From the NCBI GenBank assembly GCA_030264375.1, contig JASCQW010000027.1, positions 101,406,320 to 101,470,319 of the forward strand: 64,000 nucleotides of DNA. The letters run 5' to 3'. The notes under the pieces were generated by a model. The model ran no database searches. It saw nothing but the letters and a program-made list of their open reading frames with translations, and was not told the origin of the DNA. The stretch is from Carcharhinus longimanus. Taxonomy: Eukaryota. Each line of letters opens with the position of its first letter. The stretch's first letter is position 1. Shown here piece after piece: positions 39,870 to 53,418 of this stretch. Position numbers and translations under genes: made by a program.

Positions 39870-40310
39870 ATGTAGCCTATGTAATACAGTAAAGCATTCC
39901 AGGTGGATTGTTCAACAAACTTTGACACTGAGGCACAAAAGGAGATATTAAGACAGATGACAAAAGCTTGGTCGTAAGGAATGCCTTGGACGAAGAGAGG
40001 GAGGGACAGAGGCTGAGAAGTCTAGAGACGGAATCCTGGAATGCAGCGCCGAGGCAAATTAAAACATGGTGATCATTTATAGAGCAATTAAAATTGTGGC
40101 TGTGCAAGAGACCAGAATTGGAGAAGAGCAGACATCTCGGAGGGTTGTTGGACTGGACAATATTCCATGAAGGAATCTGAAAACAAGGATGGCAGTTTTA
40201 AAACTGAGGCCTTGTCACACTGGGAGCCAATGTAAATCAGTGAGAACAGGAAGAAGAGAACAGGAATTGTTGCAAGTTAGGGGACAGAAAGCAGAATTTT
40301 GGATGAACAA
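39870..40310 (-). mobile_element. L2 LINE 3' end
   Basis: tttgacactgaggcacaaaaggagatattaagacagatgacaaaagcttggtc...gggagccaatgtaaatcag (minus strand DLHWLP motif). Confidence 0.7.
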
Positions 40311-40759
40311 GAGAGTGGAAGATTTGATCTTCTTTGGTTCTGCCCAATCTAATTCATATCTTCTTCACCCTGAGAACAAAATTTCTCAGCACACAGCCCA
40401 GTTGACGTCTCAGTGTTGAAGGTTCATCATTAAATTATGATGTCCAAGTGAGTTGATCAAGATCATAAAAACACAATCATTGCAGCCAAAAAAAACCTCA
40501 AGTATTTATACTGAGAGAAACTGAATGTATTTGCATAACTCATTTCATTCAAAAAAGCCAAAATGTTTTTGGACTAAATGCTTATGTAAATGCTTAATAC
40601 AAAATGGATTATATCATTGATGTAACCATCTGCTCTTCCTGCTTTGTTTGAAGTCAGAGCAGCTGTTGTGACTTGGTAGTTGTAATGTTTTTAGTTTACA
40701 AATGGTCTGAACATCTGTGATGAACATGGTGCACCTTCAATACCCAAGCTGGGTTTTTC

Positions 40760-41950
40760 ATAAAAACATAGAAACTAGAAGCAGGAGTGGTCCACTTGGC
40801 CTTTTGGGTCTGCTCCACCATTCATTTTCATCATCGTTGATCATCAAATTGAATATCCTGATCCCTTCCCCGGCCCCCCCATATTCCTTGATCCCTTTAG
40901 CCCGAAGAGCTATATCTAATTTCTTCTTGAAACCACACAATGTTTTGGCCTCAACTATATTCTGTGGTAGTGAATTCCGCACACTCACCACCATCTGGGT
41001 GAAGGAATTTCTCCTCATCTTAGTTCTGAAAGGTTTACCCCTTATCAAAGAACAAAGAAAATTACAACACAGGGACAGGCTCTTTGGCCCTTTATGCCTG
41101 CACCGACCTTGCTGCCTGACTTAACTAAAACCACCTACACTTCCGGGGACCATATCCCTCTTTCCCATCTCATTCATGTACTTGCACCTTAAAAGTCACT
41201 ACCATATCCACTTCAACTACCTCTCCCAGCAACAATTCCAGGTACCCACCACCCTCCGTGTAAAAAATCTGCCTCGTACATTTCTTTTAAAACTTGCCCC
41301 TTGCACCTTAAACCTATGCCCCCTAGTAATTGACTCTTCCATCCTGGGAAAACGCTTCTGACCATCCACTCTGTCCATGCCTCTTACAATCTTGTAGACT
41401 TACATCAGGTCTCCCCTCAACCTCCATCACTCCAGTGAGAACAAACTAAGTTTTTCCAACCCCTCCTCATAGCTAATGCCCTCCAAACCTGGCAACGTCC
41501 TGGTAAATCGTTTCTGTTCCCTCTCCAAAGCCTCCTCATCAAGCATGATTTCCCTTTTGTAAATCCATGTTGATTATACCATTGCCTCCCACATGCCAAG
41601 CTCTGAAATCCTTGATGATAGACTCTCTTCAACTTCCCCAGTACCAACGTTAGACTCACTAGTCTATAGTTCCCTGTTTTCTCTCTACCTCCCTTTTTGA
41701 ATAGTAGGCTTACATTAGCTACCCTGTAATCTGTAGGAACTCTTCCAAAGTCCAAAGAATTTTTGAAAATTACGATCAATGGATCTACTATTTTGAGAGC
41801 CACTTCCTAAAGTACTTTGGGATTAACATTAGCAGAACCTAGAGATTTATCCACCTTCAACCCCACCAATTTCCTCAAAACCATTTCGCTACTAATGCTG
41901 ATTTCCTTCAGCTCCTCACTAAAACATGTTTCTCTCAGCACTTCCTCAGG
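40760..41950 (-). mobile_element. Composite of CR1 pieces: 3' end (40760-41045), second CR1 3' end (41046-41540), RT-proximal piece (41540-41950)
   Basis: Minus peptides RRNSFTQMVVSVRNSLP and IVDPLIVIFKNSLDFGRVPTDYRVANVSLLFKKGGREKTGNYRLVSLT...QHGFTKGKSCL; a new tail aaagaacaaagaaaattacaacacagggacaggc starts at 41047. Confidence 0.9.
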
Positions 41951-42249
41951 GATGTGTCCATGATATCCCATGCTGAATCTAACTACATTCCCCCGGCGAT
42001 GGGGAAGCATGCAACGGGTGGAGAGGGGGGAGGGCGGTTTCCCGGTCTGTTTAACAGTACCAGAAAGCTATCAAGGGACTCTAATATTCAAATTCATGTG
42101 GGAAACAGTGAAAAACAGTCACATGGAGCTTAACAAATTTGGTTTTGAATTTTTACAGCTTTTTGCTCACCGCAGTGTCCAGTTCACTGCATTAAGAAGG
42201 CCCAGTGTCATTTAAACATGTTAAGAAAGTGAATAACCGGTCAGAAAAA

Positions 42250-42345
42250 TGCCAGTCTGTACTGAGTTAGTGGATCCCTGCTGAAACCACTGTGTTAGCC
42301 TCAGAAGTTCATATATGACGGGGGGAAAGTCAGATTGAGTTTTCA
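42250..42345 (+). mobile_element. LF-SINE-like fragment
   Basis: ccagtctgtactgagttagtggatc...gcctcag...ggggggaaagtcag. Confidence 0.4.
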
Positions 42346-42637
42346 TTCTTGTATCTCTTCACACTTTGTAAGGTGGGCAACATTGTTAAGGTGGTGTTAT
42401 GATTATATTGTACATAGTGGGAGTGAGGTCACAAGTAGATCAGATCGGGTAAGGGGAGAGGGCAAGGTTCTTTTATTGAAGCATTTTGGGAACCCTTTTC
42501 TCTTAACCAGAATTGGTAGCATTCACAGTCTTTTTTGTGCCAACTCAAAGTCAATTTGCCACTTGCCAGAATGGGATCTGGGACCTTCTTATTAATAATT
42601 CAGCACCCGTTGTAGTTGAATGGCTAAAAGCATCACT

Positions 42638-43377
42638 GAGCAGAAATATCCCATTTTTTTGTGGAGTGGCACAGTAGGGAGTAAAAAGAGGGTGGAAGCC
42701 GCTGGCCCAAGGAATGGCCTCCTCCACCATATTATTAGGCACACATTGAGAAATTGGCAAGGTGTAGGCCCCACAATATCATGTTGACTGTGACTGAGCT
42801 TGCCCCACCAGCAACAGAGGGCACCCTGATCTTGAAAAATAAAATTAAAATCCCTCTTCTCAAAACACCCACCCCAATGCAACCCCGCCATGGAATTCTC
42901 TTCCCCGCCAGAGCCCACCCCACAGACATGGAACAACTCGTCGCCTGCCAGTGCCTGGACACTTTCCCATGGCACTGTTCCAGCAGCACCAGGGACTTGT
43001 GCCAGTTTACTGCCCAAATATGACCTTTTTCCCTCCCTCAAGGGGTTGTACTCAACAATGCACTTCTGGGGTGTTCTGCTTCCCAGGTGCACATCATGGG
43101 GGCTTGTCATGATTCACGTCAACAGGGGGACAATTTAATAGGCAATCAAATGTAGAGGTACTATCAGGTTTGACGGTTTGATGATGATATTTAAACATAT
43201 ACAAATGGGGACCCTGATGCTCAATGTCAGGATACCTGTTATGTCTTGGGGGGTGGGGTGCAGGGATAATTGCAAAGGAAAATTTCATCAGCGTAATGGG
43301 TGTTTTGGGACTCGTGCGCGATCGTCCATCCTGCTGCTGATCCCGCCCCTGTGAATGGGAATGGAAAATCACTCCTC
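42638..43377 (-). mobile_element. TIR-bounded element with probable Harbinger DDE transposase C-terminal remnants
   Basis: Ends gagcagaaatatccc and ggaaaatcactcc. Minus strand reads PLLT*IMTSP (compare YPLxxWLMTP), QKCIVE (compare RxxVE) and frameshifted IVG-YTL-NFSM (compare IVVACCxLHNF). Confidence 0.4.
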
Positions 43378-44260
43378 CCATCGCAATATCTAAGTTCAAG
43401 ACTGAAGAATAATCATTTAGGTCAAGACTGGAAGGCAGTCGGCCCCTATGGAGTTGCATGCTAGGGAGGAGTGAATACTTTCAGTGAAGGAAAGGGGAAG
43501 AAGTGTAAATTGGTGAAACGTTAAAAATCATTGAAAGATTCCTGACCAGGGTAAAATTTGAGAGGATGTTTCCTCTTGTAGAAAAATAGGGGACAATTTC
43601 ACTGAGTTAGGATGACTCGGGAATCCTTTAAAAATGATGGGTGGGTTGCTGACCCCATCTCTAGGCTGTCACGTGTTTGGGAATGCTTTTTAAAGGGTTC
43701 TCACTGGTTTATGTCAAAAGCCTGCATCCAGCAGTCCTGACATGTTTCCACTGCAAAGATAGGCATGTTCTAACATCCGCAATATTCATAGATTCGGGCC
43801 AGGTTTGAGAGTCACATTTTAGGGTCATTTAGAGGAATCGTGGACTTAGGTCTGCAAGAGGGAACCTTTTTAAAATTAAGTTAAAAGGTCTTTCTTATGC
43901 CCTTATGCCAAGCTCTTTGCTTTCACCCACCCCGTATGACTCCTCAAGTTCCCTGTGCCAATCCCTATCTTTCAACCAGCCATCATGGCCCTGAAGTCAC
44001 GGACTTCCATTTGATTTACTTTCTATATTCTCTATGCCTCCTATCCTCGAAACCCCATAATGCTGTGCAAATAAAGATTATGAAACTGACAGCAAAGAGC
44101 ATGAGCTGTCAATCATATCATGTTTCTTTTCTGGGGTGTGACTGATAAACAAGCATAATAGCTATCTGGTTTTCAGCCAAACCTCATTTTGTATGCTTGG
44201 TTGAGAGCCCAAATCCTTTCCAAATTCATGCTGACTGGCCTTAGCTAACTCATTCCGTTT

Positions 44261-44515
44261 TAGAACATAGAACATAGAACATTACAGCGCAGAACAGGCC
44301 CTTCGGCCCACGATGTTGCGCCGACCAGTTAAANNNNNNNNNNNNNNNNNNNNNNNNNNNNNNNNNNNNNNNNNNNNNNNNNNNNNNNNNNNNNNNNNNN
44401 NNNNNNNNNNNNNNNNNNNNNNNNNNNNNNNNNTCCATCCGAGGAAAAAGGCTATCACTGTCCACCCTATCTAAACCTCTAATCATCTTATATGTTTCAA
44501 TAAGGTCCCCCCGTA
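44261..44515 (-). mobile_element. Young CR1 3' end spanning a gap
   Basis: (tagaaca)n tail + cagcgcagaacaggcccttcggcccacgatgttgcgccg with CpGs retained; MIRGLDRVDSDSLFPRM. Confidence 0.88.
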
Positions 44516-44589
44516 GTTTTCACGGCTATTACATCATCTTGAAGATCGGCCTTAGCTGATGTTGACTGGTTTATGATGATATTGAATTA

Positions 44590-45420
44590 AGCAGAAGATA
44601 TAAATGGAAGCCAGGACACAGGCCATTCCCTCCAACTTGCCCACTCCAGCACACATGCTCTACAGTAGGCTTCTCCAGTCTCTTTGTCTCACCCCATCAG
44701 CATAACTTCTATTCTTTTCTCCCTGATGTTTAGCTAGCTTTCCCTTGTATGTTTCTGTGTTATTTTTCTTCATTGTTCCATGTGATATCGAGTTTACATT
44801 TTAATCAGTTTCTTAGACAGAGATTCCTTCTGAATTCCCAAATGGATTTATTAGTGATAAACTTATGTTTACAGCCTCCAGTTTTGTGTCTCCCACAGAT
44901 GGAACATCCCTTCACAAATATATCTTAAACCCTTTATGAATATAAAGAACCCTCCCATGTCGCCCCCTCAGACTTTCCAGAAGCAAGTGCCACTGACTGC
45001 TCAATCTTTCCTGACTAACCTCTCAGTTCTGGCATAAGTCTAGTAAATCTTTTATGCACTTTCTTCAGTACCTCTATATCATTTTTATAATCTGAAGACC
45101 AGAACTATGCACAGACTCCCAACTGTGGTCTCGCCATAGTTAAATAGGTTTGTCATAATTTCCATGTTTGCGGTTATATCTCTCTAAAAAGGAAACCCAG
45201 TACTAAGATTGTTTTTTATGGCCTTGATAAACTGTGCTGCTATTTCAAACGTTTTGGGTTCTGTATGCCTCGATCTCATTTTTTTTCTCTGTCATTCCGA
45301 CTGTTATTTTCTAAGCCGTGTATAACCTCCTCAGTCTTCATACCACGTCACACATCTGTATTGAAATTGTTTTACCAGTTGCATGCTCATCCCCCAAATT
45401 TATCAATTTCTTTTGACACT
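44590..45420 (-). mobile_element. Old, decayed CR1 LINE
   Basis: gaccagaactatgcacagactcccaactgtggtctcgcca (RPQL..CIVLV, compare RPHLEYCVQFW) and ttctgaattccc pattern. Confidence 0.6.
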
Positions 45421-45646
45421 AGGTGTCATAAAGATGAGTAAGACTTTGGTGTTGATTATTTTCCTTGTACCTGTGCGGTGCACATGTGCAGGAATCAGAT
45501 TTGAAGGGTTGTACATGAACTTTCCATACCTTGTGTTAGTCTGTTAATTGGACCCGTGTAATTATGTATGTCCATGCACTGAAAAGGAAAATTAATGCCA
45601 TCATTTTCTCATGGCACGGCTATTCCTACATCTGATTCTTAACCAT

Positions 45647-45780
45647 GGCCAGGATTTTACGTCCCCCGTTCTGCTCAGCATGAAGTTATGATCCTGCCAA
45701 TGTAAGCAGTAATTTCAATGACGACCTGAATCTGCCGGGGGTGGAGAGATGGACTGTGGTGCGGCCGTAAAACCCTGATC
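45647..45780. mobile_element. MITE, 134 bp, 15-bp TIR
   Basis: Left GGCCAGGATTTTACG versus reverse complement of the right end GATCAGGGTTTTACG (12/15). Confidence 0.6.
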
Positions 45781-46868
45781 AATGAGGTGTTGCCTTAGCC
45801 TCTGCTATGATACGATCCATAAATGTTCTGCTGTCAGTGCCGTTTTAAAAAAAAGTGATGCATGTATTTCTAAGAAGAATAAATTTTTGTGATAAATTGT
45901 TCTGAGAAGGGAACCATGCTGAAAGTGAGCGCAGATCGGAGATTGATTTTCCAACAATCTCTGCAATTCGTGTTCCCTTCAAGCATTGTTCCCTGTTGGG
46001 AGCACTGTTCAGCTAAATTTACCCCATAATGTTAAATCGACCCTTCTCAACTGTTTGAAACAGTAGAAGTGTTAACTTGAAATAGGCTGGGGTCTCTGAA
46101 GCTGTTTAAATAACATAGGTATTCAGCAATATAGTTTTAAGAATTAAATAAAGCAATGCAATGAAATTTACTAGTTAAAAAAAGCCAATATGACAATAAT
46201 CAACTACGATGGAATTCAATACAATTACTACAGTTTAACTGACTGCTTACATGAAAATCTTAACAGGAATCTTCAATTTCCATTGGATCTTAATAGGCCA
46301 GAAGAAACCAATTTCTGAAAATTTAAAGCACTTATAAACTACCTGCATATTAACTGTGCCTCTTGACGGAAAGTTTGAAAACTATTCATTCTAGTTCAGA
46401 TCCAGGAGAAAGACTTGGCATTGTGCTGTCTTTGCTAATGCCAATTTAAAATACAGAGTTATAATACAGATTAATTAATATTGAAATTAGTTTGAATTAT
46501 TATTTAGATCACAATTTCCAAGGTGAGCTGTTCAATAAAATAGCAATGTGCTGCGAACTTCGTTTAGTCAAAGTGTCAGTCAGTAATATCTCTGATACGA
46601 TGAAATGCAGTTGTGGTAAAGAAAAGTCCATCTTAAAATGAATTCGTCCGAGCATCAGATTTCAATTCATTGGGAACATTTTAAATTGTCTTTTTCTGTT
46701 CTTCATACATTTTTATGAAATTGCATAGCAATATATTCATTTCTTAATATTTCTATGTGTAAAGCCCTCTGTATTTCTCTGTATTTTTCTGCTGGAATAC
46801 AAATATCCTCTGTATTTTTCAGACTAAATTCAGAAACTACTACTACTTATTTTCTGCCAAGTGCTTAG

Positions 46869-47114
<246 letters not shown>

Positions 47115-47199
47115 TAAAAACTGTAATTGTAAAAACTGCTTCAAAAGCTTAACCCGTTATTCAAATAACCCCTTGGCGACAATGTACCACTTTGACTCA

Positions 47200-47395
47200 G
47201 TTTGGTTTTGTGTGTGATTCTGCCCCACGTACAACAGTTGAGAATAACCTCTGAAATGGCTCAGCCAGTCCCTTCTGTGGAACAATCTGTCACCTCGTGG
47301 TTTAAGAGGAAAGCCCACTACCACCTTCTCTGGGTAACCAGGGATGAGCAATAAATACTGCCCTTGACAAAAATGTCCTCATCCTGAAAATTAAT
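47200..47395 (+). mobile_element. Deu-domain (SacSINE1-like) SINE 3' part
   Basis: cctctgaaatggctcagcc...gcccactaccaccttctctgggtaaccagggatgagcaataaatactgcccttg. Confidence 0.6.
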
Positions 47396-47529
47396 GTGAG
47401 TTTGCATAAATGTATTAACTGGTGACTAAAATATTACACAAAAAAGCATGAACTTTCCTTGTAAATTGAAAATTACTTTAACTGCCTGAGCAAATTAGAG
47501 TTGGTCTTTATCTGCCAGTGTTGAGGGAC

Positions 47530-47775
47530 ATTGAAAGAGTAGATAGTAAGAAACCTTTCCCATTAATGGAGGGATCAATAATTCTCTGCCTGAGGGATGG
47601 GAGAGGTGGGAACCATTGCAGCATTTAAGAGGCATTTAGATGAACACTTGAAATGCCGCTGCATATAAGGCTACAGTTCAAGTGCTGGGAATTGGGGTGA
47701 GAAAAGATTGGTGCTTGATGCCTGGCACAGTCACGATGGGCTGAAGGGCCTCTTTCTGTGTTGTGAAACTCTATG
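47530..47775 (+). mobile_element. CR1 3' end
   Basis: gcatttaagaggcatttagatgaacacttg...cacgatgggctgaagggcctctttctgtgttgtgaaactctatg. Confidence 0.75.
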
Positions 47776-48105
47776 GGGGGAATCTTGAATTTGTACTTGC
47801 GTCGGCAGGAATAGTGGCAGTCACTCAAGATCTGGTGAAACCCAGAAATCTGACAGGAGAACTCCTGAGACTTCTGTTGTGGGGTGACTGGGAGGCTACT
47901 CTTTAAACTGGTGCCCTTTAAACTGGGGATCTCAATACAGCAGAGTTTTGTCCCATCCTCTACAGGCTGGTGCGAAACATGCCCACCCAGGTTTTTGTGA
48001 CAGAGTGTGGTAAGATCTGGAGAGAAACACACTTTTTTTCTCTACCATTTTTTGATAAGATTTCGCCCATTGACTACTATCGGTGTCGGTTAAATCTCTA
48101 TTTAG

Positions 48106-48483
<378 letters not shown>

Positions 48484-48976
48484 TAGTTTTAACCTTAGAA
48501 TGTGAAATACTTTCAATATCATCATGCTAATCATGCTTATGTGAAAAAAAAAGTGAAAGAAAAATGATTGCCTTCAATGATTGGATTAATTGAGGTGAAC
48601 AAAATACTCTGAAATAATATGATGTTTAATGGATTTAATTAGAAAATCGGATGCTGCTCAAAATGCTCATACAATCGTTCGCAAAGTATCTAAAGCTAAT
48701 TGGGTTGTGGGTGAATTAGAAACTTTTATGTGAAGCTGCATTGACAGAGTATTTTCACATTTAGCAAAGTGAAGTTTCCAAATTGTCAGTTGACATAAAT
48801 CATCATTCCTCAAATGAATGTAGTGTTGGAGAGAAGAAAGGATGAGGATTAACTATCTTGATTGTTCATACATGTCCATTTCCATTCATTGGCTTGAAGA
48901 ATTTTTTTTGGATCTATCCATAACCAACAAATAACTGGAAAAATGTGTAACGTGATTGTTGGATGTGTTGATCTGA

Positions 48977-49273
<297 letters not shown>

Positions 49274-49452
49274 TAGGCCTACAGGATGGCATCAGTTACA
49301 ATATCAGTCACTTGCTGAGCAATTCCAAGGATCCCTTGACCTCACATTGACCTCCAAGAAACATTTGCTGAACACCAAACTGTTCAAGTTTAAGCAAGTG
49401 TTGATGTTATTTTGTAAGTAAATACACCAAAGTTAATTGAAGTTAACAAAAC

Positions 49453-49538
49453 ACTGGGACTTTCCAGTCCCGCCAATGTATGCTACTTCATGCGTGGCTC
49501 ACGCGTCCCACCAACAGGAAGAGCTGGAAAATCCTGCT
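49453..49538. mobile_element. Short MITE
   Basis: Inverted ends ctgggactttccag ... ctggaaaatcctg. Confidence 0.45.
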
Positions 49539-50094
49539 GTATGAAATGAAGTGATATTTAATCTGTTGAATACCTGGCTGACATTTTGAGGATACACGTT
49601 GATACACGTTTATATGGTATGTTGGATACTCATTCGAAGGTCTGAATTGTTTTGTTATCAGATGAGTTATAAACAGTGATCTTGTTCAGCTTAGAGCACA
49701 GGCAACCAATGCAATATAAACCAGATGGGCTCGGTACATTTTAAGGAACTGCAGCACATGGTGATGTCAAAAAAGATGGAAGTTTTGCTCAAAATTGGAC
49801 AAAAGAGGTATCTTCTCGCTATGAAAGCGATCACAGAATCATTTTGACTACTTGATTTAGACATTCTATTTACTGGTAGCACGGTGATTGCTGAAAAATG
49901 TTTTTACTCAACAGAGAATTTCTTCTCTAAAGGAAAAGATAGCAGTGAGCTAGCTCAATGTGACTTCCTATCATCTACATATAGACTGGAAATATGTCTT
50001 CCAAAAGCCATTCTAATGATTTCTATAGTTATAGCTCTAAAGCCGATAGGGAAGGGAAGGGAGGAGGGGGCAGGATATTGGAATTCGATTGAAG

Positions 50095-50296
50095 TAAATT
50101 ACTGCAAATGCTGGAACCTGAAACCAAAGCGAAAATGCTGGAAATTCTCAGCAGGTCTGGCAGCATCTGTAAGAAGAGAAAAGAGCTGATGTTTTGAGTT
50201 TTGACAAAGGGTCATCTGGACTCGGAACATCAGCTTTTTCTCTCCTCATAGATGCTGCCAGACCTGCTGAGATTTTCCAGCATTTTCTCTTTTGGA
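50095..50296. repeat. Penelope-type fold-back element with arms of about 75 bp
   Basis: aaaatgctggaaattctcagcaggtctggcagcatctg...gctgatgttttgagt is inverted against actcggaacatcagc...agatgctgccagacctgctgagattttccagcatttt. Confidence 0.85.
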
Positions 50297-51429
50297 TATT
50301 GGATTTAATGACCCACCATGATCGAAATGAATGGCTCAAAGGGCCTACTGGCCTACTCCTGCTTCTAGTTTCTATGGTTCCAATATATGCTATGTCACAG
50401 ATTTAATCTTGCAGCTTACAATTTATCTGAGGTATAGAAACCTGGAACAAAATGAGTTGATAAGCCATCAAGCCTGCTCCTTGAACCAACTTTGTTCCGT
50501 CCATATAATTGTGAATACTGCCTTGACCTGGTTAAGCTCGTGAAAGAAATTTCTGCATAAATACGCTCTCATTCATGAATGTAATCAATCAAAACACTCA
50601 AATATTTATCAACCTTATGCTTCCATTGTCTAACTTTGGAATGCTCCCTTTAGCTCCGTCAGTGCAAGAATCAGCACATCCCATGAGATATTTAAAGCCA
50701 GATCTGTCCTTTCATCCTTCTGTTCCATTTCTGATTGCTATTAATGCTTTATTTTAAAGAGGACAACATATCATGGGGTGATACTGAGTTTTGATCATTT
50801 TAAATCTGTCTTCTCATACTGTACTTGCAATACGAGATACAAGGCATATTTATATCATCTACATCTTATGGCACTTTTTTTAAGGTATCCATCGTGGTCA
50901 CTAGCAAATATTCTTTTACCCAGCAGATAGAAGTTTAACTTTAGAAGATGAATCATCATGCAGAGCCCTACATTCTGAAATTGTCCTTGTTTCTCTTTTC
51001 TGAATCCTCTGAAATTCACTCATCAATGGCCTTTTAAAAGGTTGGAGCTTGAAATTATATATATTTCAAACATAGCCTCACTATGGTTCAGACAAAATTG
51101 GGAACATTACTTTTGATGCATAATCAAATGCTATTTTTGTTGTACCCAAACAGTTAATGTAATTATAGATCAGTGCAACTGATATTGTGGTGGAATTGTG
51201 GGGTAGCTTATCCTATCTGGCCATTTCAGTGAGTGTAACATATACAGCAAACTCAGATGACTGTAGCCCCTGAACTGGGCAATGTACATGTCATAAGGAA
51301 ACTATAGTTCTGTCTTGGCTGAAATTTGTGCTTAAAATTTAATCAAAAAATATTAGTGAGGCTGTAGGCCTCTTAGATTTGCATTATTTGCACAAGAATC
51401 TGTCCCTTAGTAAACAGTTTCTACATGCC

Positions 51430-51857
51430 CACCGCCGCTAAGCCTGCTCCACCATTCAACTTGACCACAGTTGACCTTCTTCCTCAACTCCATTTTCCTG
51501 CATTATAACTTGAGCCAAAAGAAATCAAGAAATCTATTAGTCTCTGCCCTGAATATATTCAGTGACTAAGTTCCGTAGAGCTCTCGGGTGGGGAATTCCA
51601 AAGCTTCATCACCCTCATCTTAGTCCTAAAAAGCCTACTCTTATTCTGAGAACTTACCCCTGGTTCTCGATCCCACAAATAGGGATATCTTTCATGCATC
51701 TACCCTATTGAACCCTGTAAAAATTTTGTATGTCTCAATGAGTTCATCTCACATTTTTCTAAATTCTCAGGAATATAAACCCAGTATCCTCAATGTCTCC
51801 TCATCAACAATCCTATTATCCCAGGAATCAGTCTGGTGAACCCATGTATCACTTCCT
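51430..51857 (-). mobile_element. CR1 3' portion
   Basis: agcctgctccaccattcaa...gaattccaaagcttcatcaccctc; minus strand reads GFTRLIPGIIGL. Confidence 0.75.
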
Positions 51858-51924
51858 NNNNNNNNNNNNNNNNNNNNNNNNNNNNNNNNNNNNNNNNNNN
51901 NNNNNNNNNNNNNNNNNNNNNNNN

Positions 51925-52600
51925 ATGGCACTTCACCTTCACAAGGGCTGTAGGGTTGTCACTCCTGCCAATACTGTCAAGGACAGATGTATCGAAGATA
52001 GATAGAATGGTGAGGATGAGGTCAAGTAGGTTTTTCCTTTTTGGTTCCCTCACCATCTTTTACAGGCCCAGTCTGGCAGATATGATCTTTTGGGCTCGAC
52101 CAACTTAATCAGTATGAGTACTACCAAACCACTCTTGGTGATGGAAATGGAAATCCTCCACTCCAAATACACTTAGTGTCTTTGTTACCTTGAGTATCTC
52201 TTTCGAGTGGCATCCCATATGAAGGAGTACTGATAATCAGTAGAAGGTTTTCTTGCCCATATTTTACCTGATGCCTCGAGACTTCATGGAGTTCACAGTT
52301 AACACAGAGAACTCCCAGGGCCACTCCCTCTGGATTATATATCATGCTTCTGCTACCTCTAGTGGATGTGTCCTGGGAATATAATGAAGGTGCTCGATAT
52401 GTCTCTTGGCTTAAGAGAGCATGGCAATGTAAGATGCTGCTTGACTAGCCCTGTGCGTCAGCTCTCTCGATCTTGGGACAAGTTACCGGATGTTAATGAA
52501 GAGGATGTTGCAAGGTTGACTGGGCAGAGTATGTCACTGTCATTTCCAGTACCTACAATGATGCTGAGTGGTCCAAACTTCATTATTTTTTGACTTTTCT
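51925..52600 (-). mobile_element. CR1-clade LINE AP-endonuclease fragment
   Basis: Minus ORF VREPKRKNLLDLILT...SIGRSDN resembles the APE C-terminus (PTR...LDLIL...SDH). Confidence 0.75.
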
Positions 52601-52614
52601 AGTGATTTAGGATA

Positions 52615-52942
52615 ACTAAGTGGCTTGTTTAGACCATTTTGGAGAACAGTTAAGAGTCAACCACATCGCTGGGGGAATGTCTGGAAACACATGTAGGTCA
52701 GCGTGGATAATGATGGCACAATTCCCATTCTGAAACAGTATGAGTGGAACAGATAAGTTTCTGCAACACTCTGGTAGTTCTTTGGCCACCATTATTGAGG
52801 CTAATTTTGTATTCTTGATTTATTAATTAGCCAAATTTAAAATTCCACCAGCTGAAATGACGGGACTTGAACTCATATCTTCAAATCATTAAAGCCGTGC
52901 CTCTGGATTACTAGCCCACTAATATTACCATCATGCTACCAT
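52615..52942 (-). mobile_element. Deu-domain tRNA SINE (SacSINE1-like)
   Basis: Minus-strand head tggtagcatgatggtaatattagtgggctagtaatccagagg...gagttcaagtccc; body cagttaagagtcaaccacat on plus. Confidence 0.75.
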
Positions 52943-53089
52943 TCCATTTCTAGTGCAGAGTAGGGAATTTTTATGTATTTAGTTGAGATTAATCCATACA
53001 TGCATTGTTAGAACTGAACATAAATTGGGCTCATTAAGAAACAGTAAAATATTAAAGTTGCTTACAGGATTCTGCAGAAATTGGAGATT

Positions 53090-53418
53090 CATAAAATCAT
53101 CATAGCATCCCTCAGTGCAGAAAAGGCCATTCAGCCCATCGAGTCTGCACCAACTGTCCAACAGAGTATCTTATCCAATCCCTTAACCCTGTGCATTTGT
53201 CATAGCTAATCCACCTAACTTCCATATCTTTGGACACAAGGGCATAATTTAGCATGGGCAATCAACCTACCCTGTACATTTTTGGAGTGTGGGAGGAACT
53301 CGGAGCACTTGGACGAAACCCATGCAGACATGGAGAGAACATGCAAACTCCATGAAGACAGTCACCCAAAACTGGAATTGACCTGGGTCCCCAGAGCTGT
53401 GAGGCAGCTGTGCCAACT
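53090..53418 (-). mobile_element. V-domain SINE with CR1-like tail
   Basis: gtgcagaaaaggccattcagcccatcgagtctgcacc...tgtgggaggaactcggagcac...acccatgcagacatggagagaacatgcaaactcc...gctgtgaggcagc. Confidence 0.85.
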
